From Methanogenium organophilum (GTDB taxonomy: Archaea; Halobacteriota; Methanomicrobia; Methanomicrobiales; Methanomicrobiaceae), in assembly GCF_026684035.1 (NCBI RefSeq), contig NZ_CP113361.1, positions 2,480,715-2,504,714 on the forward strand: 24,000 nucleotides of DNA, written 5' to 3'. A model generated the notes under the pieces. It did no database searches. It had not been told where the DNA came from and saw only the letters and a list, made by a program, of their open reading frames with translations. Position 1 is the first letter of the stretch. Each line of letters begins with the position of its first letter. A program made the translations under genes and the position numbers. Shown in pieces: positions 6,567 to 14,134 of this stretch.

Positions 6567-7701
6567 ACACCCGCTTCATCAGTTTTTCCGAAAGACGCCT
6601 CTTATATCGCATGTAGTCAGGCAAACTCAGACCAGCCTCCTGCAGGGCCATATTGCGGAAGATACACGGCGTCGAACTCTTGCAGCACCAGGCAAGACTC
6701 CCGAAACAGGTATTCTCCCCTCCTTCGATGGGCGTGTTTTTCACTCCATTGAGTTTCAGGGACATGAATTCATTCCGTGAAATCCCGAGGGTTTCAAGAA
6801 CCGGCAGAAGGGGACATTTTTTCACCGGCATGCAGCAGAAGGTCAGGCTGCGGATATCTCCGCCGCGGCAGAGTTGCTTCGGGGCGTTGTACCATCCCGT
6901 TTCATCCGCATACGCTGCAATCTTCTCGTTTAGGGACGCGAGTGTTTCCGGGTCTGCATGACGTGCAAGAGAGATCAGATCCGCCCCATGGGCAAGCATG
7001 TCCTTTGCAACCGAAAATGACGAGATGGAATTGTTTGCAATCAGAATAAGCGGGCATGCATTGCGGATCTGGCGGAGTTTGGTATGGCCGAAATCCATCA
7101 GGTCGATGTGCAGGATATCTGCACCGGCCTGCCAGAGAGCACGGGCCAGCGCACGGTCATCGTCCGCTACACCGGCACGAATCTTCACCGAAACCGTAAC
7201 ATTCTCTGCTTTCAGTGCCCGGACGGTCTCCTCCAGTTTCCCGGTGTCATGCAGCAGCGCTTCGCCACACCCTGTCGCAATTATGGGCTCCTGCCTGCAG
7301 TGCGCATCAATTTCATACACAAGGCCGGGACCGACTGCCCGCGCCACCGCTGCAAATGATTCCGGTGCACTTCCGCGCATATTTACCGCGACAACAAGAC
7401 CGCTCTCAACAAGGATCTGTGCCTGTGCACGAATTTCAGCAATCGGGTTGTCTGTGAGGAATTCTTCCCTTCCTGACTCCACAAGAAGGCGGGATGCTGC
7501 CATTGTGGCTTCGTCAATTGAATACCCCCCGATACAGACCATGCCTGCATTTTCACTGCGTGCCAGTGCATATTCAGCATCAACCACACCAGCCATTGAT
7601 GCCAGTGCAATGGGGGTCTGTACAACCGTCCCATTTACCATCAGTTCATACCGATCATAGGGGTCCATAATCATCCTATTGTATTCATTTTTCTTCGGCA
7701 T
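6535..7701 (-). CDS. NifR3/Dus- and DHOD-like TIM-barrel protein (archaeal 'nifR3-related' family) with a C-terminal Cys-rich extension
   Basis: 388 aa. IALASMAGVVD..., YEIDAHCRQEP (compare the Dus I-D-x-N-x-GCP motif), VSVKIRAG and ADILHIDLM fit a flavin-type TIM barrel. Residues about 278-346 carry 8 Cys in two C-x(n)-CC-x5-C units. The 3' end overlaps the next gene by up to 32 nt. Confidence 0.7.
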   Translation of the reverse strand: MPKKNEYNRMIMDPYDRYELMVNGTVVQTPIALASMAGVVDAEYALARSENAGMVCIGGYSIDEATMAASRLLVESGREEFLTDNPIAEIRAQAQILVESGLVVAVNMRGSAPESFAAVARAVGPGLVYEIDAHCRQEPIIATGCGEALLHDTGKLEETVRALKAENVTVSVKIRAGVADDDRALARALWQAGADILHIDLMDFGHTKLRQIRNACPLILIANNSISSFSVAKDMLAHGADLISLARHADPETLASLNEKIAAYADETGWYNAPKQLCRGGDIRSLTFCCMPVKKCPLLPVLETLGISRNEFMSLKLNGVKNTPIEGGENTCFGSLAWCCKSSTPCIFRNMALQEAGLSLPDYMRYKRRLSEKLMKRVFEGDAFYATE

Positions 7702-8456
7702 ATGTAATGGCTTCCTATATGCTCTCCCGTACGGATATCAATACCGTGGTGCGGGAAATAACTCTCTTTACCCATATCTTCGGGTATCGCTGGATAATAC
7801 CGAATGGTGCTTTCCTTCATATAATACCGCCTTCGCATTGCTCCCTTGTGCGAACATATCTCGTGCTCCCGATTTACCGGATAATTCGTTCACAATTTTT
7901 CCACAGGGGATACTTCCAGCGCACAAAAACGTCTGCAATAATACCAGAAACAGCACGGAAGGCCTTCCCTTTCAGTGATGTATAGTACTGTGGGTTTATC
8001 AGAAGGAGGCATCCCTCCCACTCTGTTTGAATCTGCCATGCCGGTTTTTTGTCTGCTGATATTTTTTGCAGGTTCCTGAATTCGGGAGAACCTATGGCTG
8101 ATCCGAATGTTGAGGGGGTGTTTGCGTGTATCTCTTAGCGCACACAGGTTGAAATGAATAGACAGATCATTATATACGAAAACACGCTGGAATTGTCTGT
8201 TTGTGCCAGAAATGATTTACTTTTCACCATATGGCGAAGAAATATGAAATAATCATATATCATTGTGTAAATAACCGGATGGTATCGTATGGGATAATTC
8301 TGTTTTCTCCTTTTTTTAATCGCCATTTTTCGGGAATTAGAGGATAAAATGGACGTATTTCAGATTCATCTTTTGTGAGTGAAATAATACCTGCAAATTG
8401 GCATTTATTTGTAAAAATGATGGATTATTGCGAGTTACTGTGCGGCCGTAACCCAC

Positions 8457-8510
8457 AGATAATTTGAGAGGATGTATTCGTTGTCTGCAGATGAGATCAG
8501 ACAACTCCGG
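8457..8510 (+). repeat. Dispersed repeat, copy C (diverged, with indels)
   Basis: AGATAATT (8457-8464), GGATGTATTCGTTG (8470-8483), GCAG (8487-8490) and GAGATCA (8493-8499) occur in the same order as in copy B. Confidence 0.4.
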
Positions 8511-8891
8511 GCTTCTGTGTGGATTTGATTTTTCTGATCAAATAGACGTCATAGATCCTGTTTAACCGAAGAATTGTCTCATTTTGGTATTTTTCAAATT
8601 GGTGCTGATCCAAATTTGGATTTGCAGGGGTGAGACTGGAGGGGGGTTCTATTCCTCTCATCCGGCGTGTCAGGTTATTTAAGATAAACTCAGGGACAAA
8701 TAATCGGGTTCAGACGAATGAATTTGTTCATTAACGGCAGTTTATTGTCTAAGGGTCCGGTACATCATTGGTAGTGTCACCATATTGTGTAGGTAACCGG
8801 GACTCATAATAAAATATGTTCTCCCCAGGGGCCTGATTCAATAGAAAAATCCTTCTATACACAGACAATTTCCTGCCAAAAACAGCAAATG

Positions 8892-8915
8892 ATTAATGTA
8901 TAAATTAATGTATAA
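8892..8915 (+). promoter_or_regulatory. Tandem 12-mer ATTAATGTATAA x2 carrying TATA-like boxes, upstream of cfbA
   Basis: An exact direct duplication lies 60-85 nt upstream of the cfbA ATG. Each copy contains GTATAA(A). A further TAAATAT lies at about 8951-8957. Confidence 0.3.
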
Positions 8916-8975
8916 ATGGGGAATTATGAAAAAACCGGTAACTATTTTACTAAATATCGTATTACATAGTATTAT

Positions 8976-9383
8976 ATGGCAAAGACAGGATTCTTACTGG
9001 TTGGACATGGTAGCAAGAAACCGTACAATAAAGAACTCATTGAAACAACAGCAGACCTGGTTGCATCAAAAGAAGACAGATTCCTCGTGAAATCCGGATT
9101 CATGAGCATTAACGAACCAACGGTGCAGGAAAAACTTGAGGAATTTAAGGGAGAAGACATCGAAAAACTCGTTGTTGTGCCACTCTTCCTCGCAAAAGGT
9201 ATCCACATCTTAGTCGACATTCCTGAAATCCTCGGACTTGCTGAAGGTTCAAATGCCGGCACGTTCGCCCTTGCAAACGGAACCGAAATTCCTCTGCTCT
9301 ACGCACAGCCTATTGGCAGTGACCCGATGCTTGCTGATCTGATGATTAAAAACGCAGATGCAGTACTGAACAATCAGTCCTGA
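8976..9383 (+). CDS. cfbA: Small CbiX-type sirohydrochlorin chelatase; in this context sirohydrochlorin nickelochelatase CfbA
   Basis: 135 aa. MAKTGFLLVGHGSKKPYNKE...VVVPLFLAKGIHILVDIPEILGL matches the CbiX(S) pattern (L-V-G-H-G-S, P-L-F-L-x-x-G-x-H). It lies directly upstream of cfbE/D/B homologues. Confidence 0.78.
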   Translation: MAKTGFLLVGHGSKKPYNKELIETTADLVASKEDRFLVKSGFMSINEPTVQEKLEEFKGEDIEKLVVVPLFLAKGIHILVDIPEILGLAEGSNAGTFALANGTEIPLLYAQPIGSDPMLADLMIKNADAVLNNQS

Positions 9384-9388
9384 TTCAT

Positions 9389-10588
9389 ATGTATATTCTG
9401 GTGGTTGACACCATCCATGGCGGGACCGAAATATCCCGCCATCTTTTATTGCAGGGTCATCGTGTTGACACTGTTGATGTGTACCGTGGAGACGGCAGTA
9501 TCTCAGTTGATGAGGCACTGAAACGGACATATGATATCATCGCAGCACCGGTCCATCTCGACCCTGGCCATCCCCTGATGCAGATGACAGCACAGTACCG
9601 GACGCATCACCAGATGACTCCCTTTTGTCTGGGAAAAACCTGTCCCCGTTTTACCGTAGAAATCACCGGAGCACGGGGGAAAACGACCACGGCGCATGCA
9701 CTTGCATCTATTCTTCCGGGATCCGGTATTCTGCTCTCTTCTGTCGGGATTACTGAATTTCCGTCACAAACGGTGTTAGGCAAAAAAAGCATCACCCCTG
9801 CATCGACCATTGTCGCAGCAAAGATGGCCATTGCCTCCGGTGGCTGGCTGATTGCAGAGGAATCTCTGGGGGTCAGTGGCATAGGTACTCTTGGCATTCT
9901 GACATCAGATGAGGATTACCTCTGTGCAGGCGGAAAAAAGCATGCAGCAGAGATCAAAAAGGGGATGCTTCTCTCCTGCAAGACCATTCTCGCCGCACCC
10001 GGCATATCCTGGGAGGATGAGCGAATCCTCCACGCAGAAGATATTGTCTCCTGCGAAGATGCGGTTTGCACATGGTCATACAAGGGGAGGGAGGGATCAT
10101 TCACCAATTCCCTCCTCTGTCTCACCGCTTACCGAAATGCCATACAGACTGCCGCCGCTGCAGCATGCATTTTGGGATACTCACCAGATCTTCTCAGAAC
10201 ATTTACCGCCCTTCCGGGAAGACTCCATGCCACGCCGGTTGGCTCATCGGTACTAATTGATGACGCAAATTCCGGTACATCACAAAAAACCGCCATTGAA
10301 GCAGTCCGATATGGTAGGACTATCCTCCCGGAATCACCGGTGCATCTTGTTATCGGTGCTGAAGCAGAGAATATCTGCGAAGGCTTTTCTCTCACAGATA
10401 TCAAACACGTAATTGAAACAACTGAACCGGACTCTGTTATACTGGTGGGCAGTGCCTACCCGGATGATACAGAATCCCAGTTGTCATACCCATGCGTCCA
10501 TCTTTCTACCCTTGCAGAGGGGGAGGAATATGCCAAGACCATATCACATGCAGGAGTTATCGTGCTCGCTGTGAAAACCTGGAGATAA
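9389..10588 (+). CDS. cfbE: Mur-ligase-like coenzyme F430 synthetase CfbE
   Basis: 399 aa with the Mur-ligase P-loop ITGARGKTTTAHALASIL and a D-D-A-N-S-G-T-type C-terminal domain. It starts 5 nt after cfbA. Confidence 0.78.
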   Translation: MYILVVDTIHGGTEISRHLLLQGHRVDTVDVYRGDGSISVDEALKRTYDIIAAPVHLDPGHPLMQMTAQYRTHHQMTPFCLGKTCPRFTVEITGARGKTTTAHALASILPGSGILLSSVGITEFPSQTVLGKKSITPASTIVAAKMAIASGGWLIAEESLGVSGIGTLGILTSDEDYLCAGGKKHAAEIKKGMLLSCKTILAAPGISWEDERILHAEDIVSCEDAVCTWSYKGREGSFTNSLLCLTAYRNAIQTAAAAACILGYSPDLLRTFTALPGRLHATPVGSSVLIDDANSGTSQKTAIEAVRYGRTILPESPVHLVIGAEAENICEGFSLTDIKHVIETTEPDSVILVGSAYPDDTESQLSYPCVHLSTLAEGEEYAKTISHAGVIVLAVKTWR

Positions 10589-10593
10589 AACAT

Positions 10594-11658
10594 ATGCAGT
10601 ACATTCAGCCACGACCCAGTTCGATTGTTGCCGCCCTCTATACCGCCCGTGATCTGGGATGTGACCTTGCCATTCTACACGGACCATCAGGATGCTCGTT
10701 TAAACATGCACGCCTCCTCGAAGAAGACGGACTGCGGGTACTGACAACATCCCTTGGCGACAATGAGTTCATCTTCGGGGGACAGGACGCACTTGAACGT
10801 GTCCTGAGATATGCAGAAGAAACCTTTTCGCCCTCACGAATTGCGGTTGTCGGCACCTGTGTCTCGATGATCATCGGTGAGGATATGGAGGCGGCCATCC
10901 GCGATTCCGGAATCCATACACCAGCAATTGCTATGGATATTCATGCAGGATTTCGGGAAAATATTGATGGAGTCATGGCGGCACTCCGTCCTGCTGCAGA
11001 TGCCGGATGGATTAGTGTTGAAGAACTGGACCGTCAGAAACGGCTCCTTATCGGTGCAAATGAAGTTGAACGGACACGGGGGGCTGCATGCAAACCATAT
11101 ATCGAACCTTCCCGCGGTGATCTCAAACATATTGCAGCAGGGCGCCTCCTCGAATGCATCGGTGCCGGAAAAAAAGGGCTTGTAATCCTGAATGCAAAAA
11201 AGGAGACCGCATATATGTTCGCAGACATTATGGTTGCCGTCCATGAATCGTCTCCTGAGGCGGACATCCGGTACTATGCAAATCTCTCTGATCTGGGCCT
11301 TGCAAAGGTACGACGGGATGCGGAAAATATCAGGAATGGTCTGAAGGCGCATGATATCGAACCGATTCTGACCGGTGCCCTTGATGAATATGGTGTCCTG
11401 GGAGATGCGCTGGGAGAAATCATACAGAAAGCCAAACCGGATTTCGCTGTTGTGGCAGGCGTACCTCATGCAATTCCCCCGCAATACACCGAAGGAGTTG
11501 AGATGTTTTCCATTACTAACGGTCCCCGGCAGGTTGAACCGTTACGTGACATCGGCCACCAGCACGTCGTTGTAGAAATTGACCTGCACCCGAAAACGCT
11601 TGGCGTTCATGAAATTGTTGCAAGTGAATTCGGGGAGACGATACGGAGTCTTTTATGA
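10594..11658 (+). CDS. cfbD: Ni-sirohydrochlorin a,c-diamide reductive cyclase, NifD/NflD-like subunit CfbD
   Basis: I use the ATG at 10594, with GGAG 9 nt upstream. The product is MQYIQPRPSSIVAALYTARDLGCDLAILHGPSGCSFKHARLLEEDGLRVLTTSLGDNEFIFGG... This is a nitrogenase component-1-like (oxidoreductase_nitrogenase) fold as in NflD. The track start at 10492 lies inside cfbE. Confidence 0.78.
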   Translation: MQYIQPRPSSIVAALYTARDLGCDLAILHGPSGCSFKHARLLEEDGLRVLTTSLGDNEFIFGGQDALERVLRYAEETFSPSRIAVVGTCVSMIIGEDMEAAIRDSGIHTPAIAMDIHAGFRENIDGVMAALRPAADAGWISVEELDRQKRLLIGANEVERTRGAACKPYIEPSRGDLKHIAAGRLLECIGAGKKGLVILNAKKETAYMFADIMVAVHESSPEADIRYYANLSDLGLAKVRRDAENIRNGLKAHDIEPILTGALDEYGVLGDALGEIIQKAKPDFAVVAGVPHAIPPQYTEGVEMFSITNGPRQVEPLRDIGHQHVVVEIDLHPKTLGVHEIVASEFGETIRSLL

Positions 11659-13034
11659 AGAGTCTTCTCATCACCGGAGACCGTTCAGGAAGTGGGAAAA
11701 CAAGCATCACCCTTGCGATAGCAGCACTGCTTTCCGAAGAGAATATTGTCCAGCCGTTTAAAGTGGCCATGGACTATATTGATCCCTCATATCTCACCGG
11801 CGTTACCGGCAGGGCATGCAGAAACCTGGATAGTTTCGTCATGGACACTCCGCTGATTCATGATGTGTATGCGAATGGTGCAATCGGGGCGGACATCTCC
11901 ATTGTTGAAGGCGTCCGGGGCCTCTATGAAGGATCTGATGCCCTGACAGACAGGGGGTCAACTGCAAGTATCGCAAAGACCCTTGATCTGCCGGTTATTC
12001 TGGTGGTGGATGCCCGAAGCATTACCCGCAGTGCAGCAGCACTGGTGAAAGGATTCCAAATGTTTGACCCGGCAGTCCGTATTAAAGGCGTCATTCTCAA
12101 TCAGGTGAAAGGCGGGATACACCGGGAAAAAGCAACAAAAGCAATCGAACATGCATGCGGCATTCCGGTCATTGGTGCGATTCCCCGGAGTGAAGAGATG
12201 AAACTCACCATGCGGCATTTGGGCCTGGTGCCATTCCTTGAAGGGTCACAAAAATCAGTATTCACTGAAAAAATACAGGTAATCACCCGGATCATCGGGA
12301 ATCATGTCGATTTTGACCAGCTTCTTGATATCGCAAAGGAATCACCCGCACCCCAAAAACAGCCCGCACTGTTTCGTCCGGCAGCCGAAACAGACATAAA
12401 AATTGGCATTGCCCTTGATGAATCATTCAATTTTTACTACAACGATCTCTTTGATATTCTCCGTGCACTGGGTGCAGAACCAGTGTTTTTCAGTCCGATA
12501 CATGACCGACTGCCGGATGCGGACGGGTATATCATCGGCGGGGGATATCCTGAACTCTTTGCGGACAAACTGGAAGACAACACCCGGATGCGGGACGCCA
12601 TCCGGGAAGTATCTGCAAATGGCGCCCCCATCTATGCGGAATGCGGCGGACTCATCTATCTCACAGAAGATCTGATTCTTGGTTCCGGGTATGACGGACG
12701 AACAACAGACGAACATTATGCAATGGCGGGTGTGTTCGAAGGTGAAACACGAATGCCGGTGAAACGGGTCATTGGGTATGTGGAAGGAATTGCATCGGAT
12801 AAAAGCCCTCTTGGGGGAGGTTTTTTTGCCGGGCATGAATTCCATCATACTGATGTGCGCCTCGCAGATGACACCGAATATGCATATCGGCTTACCCGTG
12901 GGAAAGGCATCCGGGATAACCGGGACGGAGCGATTTGCAACAATACCATTGCAGGATATACTCATCTGCATCCATCTTCCGTTCCCGATATGTTCAGGCA
13001 TTTCACCGAGACGTGCAGGAACCATTTTGAATAA
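11655..13034 (+). CDS. cfbB: Ni-sirohydrochlorin a,c-diamide synthase CfbB (CbiA/CobB-type amidotransferase)
   Basis: 459 aa. The N-terminal P-loop is ITGDRSGSGKTSITLAI. The C-terminal GATase-1-like domain contains YAECGGLIYL. The start shows an ATGA overlap with the cfbD stop. Confidence 0.8.
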   Translation: MKSLLITGDRSGSGKTSITLAIAALLSEENIVQPFKVAMDYIDPSYLTGVTGRACRNLDSFVMDTPLIHDVYANGAIGADISIVEGVRGLYEGSDALTDRGSTASIAKTLDLPVILVVDARSITRSAAALVKGFQMFDPAVRIKGVILNQVKGGIHREKATKAIEHACGIPVIGAIPRSEEMKLTMRHLGLVPFLEGSQKSVFTEKIQVITRIIGNHVDFDQLLDIAKESPAPQKQPALFRPAAETDIKIGIALDESFNFYYNDLFDILRALGAEPVFFSPIHDRLPDADGYIIGGGYPELFADKLEDNTRMRDAIREVSANGAPIYAECGGLIYLTEDLILGSGYDGRTTDEHYAMAGVFEGETRMPVKRVIGYVEGIASDKSPLGGGFFAGHEFHHTDVRLADDTEYAYRLTRGKGIRDNRDGAICNNTIAGYTHLHPSSVPDMFRHFTETCRNHFE

Positions 13035-13096
13035 CTCTTTTTATTCCGGAATCTTCAGACACAAACCATTTGATTATCCACTGAGTATACTATTGT

Positions 13097-13963
13097 ATGC
13101 TGATTTACCTGAACGGAGAGTTTGTCCAGGAAGAGGACGCAAAAGTATCTGTCTTTGACCATGGTCTGCTCTACGGAGACGGCGTTTTTGAAGGCATTCG
13201 TGCCTATAACGGGAGGGTGTTTCGCCTCCGGGAACATATCGAAAGGATGTGGGATTCTGCAAAAACCATCGACCTGAAGATACCAATCACAAAAGAGGAG
13301 ATGGAGGAAGCCATTCTTGAGACACTTCGGAAAAATGACCTCAAAGACGCCTATATACGCCCGATTATAACGCGAGGTGTCGGTGATCTTGGACTTGATC
13401 CAAATAAATGCGCGACGCCCACCATTATTGTGATTGCAACCGGATGGGGCGCCATGTACGGTGACCTCTATGATAAGGGTCTCACTGCTATTACCTGCTC
13501 CATCAGAAGGAATCCGGCACAATCGCTCCCCCCGAATGTAAAGAGTCTCAATTACCTGAACAATATAATGGCAAAGATTGAAGCCAATTATAAGGGTGGC
13601 GACGAGGCAATCTTCTTTGATACAAACGGGTATGTTGCAGAAGGGTCCGGAGACAACATCTATGTAGTGAAAAACGGTGTCATCATCACGCCGCATACCC
13701 TGAATAACCTCAGGGGGATAACCCGAATGGTGCTCCTTGAAGTTGCGGATGAAATGGGCATTCCGGTGCTGGAACAGAACCTGGGGTATTTTGATCTCTA
13801 TACCGCTGACGAAGTCATTGTCACCGGATCTGCAGCAGAAGTTGCACCTGTAACAAAAATTGATGGCCGTGAAATAGGCACAGGAAAACCAGGGCCGGTT
13901 GTCAAACAGCTGATGGCCGGATTCACACTCAAGACAGAGACAGAGGGCACTCCTGTTTACTAA
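13097..13963 (+). CDS. ilvE: Branched-chain amino acid aminotransferase (PLP fold type IV)
   Basis: 288 aa. [35 protein letters not shown], ...YIRPIITRG... and ...[15 protein letters not shown]... are typical IlvE/class IV motifs. Confidence 0.85.
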   Translation: MLIYLNGEFVQEEDAKVSVFDHGLLYGDGVFEGIRAYNGRVFRLREHIERMWDSAKTIDLKIPITKEEMEEAILETLRKNDLKDAYIRPIITRGVGDLGLDPNKCATPTIIVIATGWGAMYGDLYDKGLTAITCSIRRNPAQSLPPNVKSLNYLNNIMAKIEANYKGGDEAIFFDTNGYVAEGSGDNIYVVKNGVIITPHTLNNLRGITRMVLLEVADEMGIPVLEQNLGYFDLYTADEVIVTGSAAEVAPVTKIDGREIGTGKPGPVVKQLMAGFTLKTETEGTPVY

Positions 13964-13978
13964 TTTTTTCCATATTTT
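13964..13978 (+). terminator. Oligo-T tracts after ilvE
   Basis: TTTTTT-CCATA-TTTT follows immediately after the TAA stop. Confidence 0.35.
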
Positions 13979-14033
13979 CATCCGGATTTTTGTGGTAAAG
14001 TTCAATGCGAAAAATATAAATCAGAATGACCCG

Positions 14034-14041
14034 TATATATT
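14034..14041 (+). promoter_or_regulatory. TATA-like box upstream of tRNA-Glu
   Basis: TATATATT lies about 21-28 nt upstream of the mature tRNA 5' end. A second AAATATAAAT lies at about 14012-14021. Confidence 0.35.
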
Positions 14042-14061
14042 CAGGCACAAGCGTGCCTACT

Positions 14062-14134
14062 GCTGATATAGTGTAGGGGCCAATCATGCTGGCCTTTCAC
14101 GCCAGCGACTGGGGTTCGAATCCCCATATCAGCA
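14062..14134 (+). tRNA. tRNA-Glu (anticodon UUC)
   Basis: Hand-folded cloverleaf. Acceptor stem GCTGATA/TATCAGC. Anticodon stem CTGGC/GCCAG with the 7-nt loop CTTTCAC (anticodon TTC). T-arm TGGGG-TTCGAAT-CCCCA. Discriminator A. No CCA is encoded. Confidence 0.9.

Noticed and set aside
7679-8326. Small ORFs in the cfb upstream spacer: 7679-7978, 7707-7985, 7768-7956, 8135-8326, and an untracked 50-codon minus-strand ORF at 8039-7887
   Set aside because: They overlap one another, lack ribosome-binding sites, and have odd composition (Cys/Tyr/Phe-rich or Ile/Tyr-rich) with no family resemblance. None can be supported as a gene.
8488-8540. Possible C/D-box sRNA (ATGAGA ... CTGA about 45 nt apart)
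   Set aside because: The C box is not the RUGAUGA consensus. No internal D'/C' boxes lie at the expected spacing, and there is no terminal stem.
10492-10593. The upstream start given in the ORF track for cfbD (10492), and likewise 5838 for DUF447 and 15485 for the GT2
   Set aside because: These extensions overlap the preceding gene or use non-ATG codons. The internal ATGs at 10594, 5760 and 15539 coincide with the conserved family N-terminus and/or a GGAG/GGGAGG ribosome-binding site.
13055-14005. 316-aa minus-strand ORF, and similar long antisense ORFs at 10834-11484, 12423-13025, 6998-7660, 1147-1530, 5297-5629 and 18369-19085
   Set aside because: Each lies entirely antisense to a gene with strong family motifs (ilvE, cfbD, cfbB, the TIM barrel, thiD, DUF447, the GT-C-like protein). 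Their products are low-complexity or Cys/Arg/Ser-rich with no recognisable motifs. These are shadow ORFs.
14043-14058. Hairpin or palindrome AGGCAC-AAGC-GTGCCT three nt upstream of tRNA-Glu
   Set aside because: It is a short 6-bp stem lying between a TATA-like box and the tRNA 5' end. It is most simply part of the leader or promoter spacer, and there is no evidence of an independent function.
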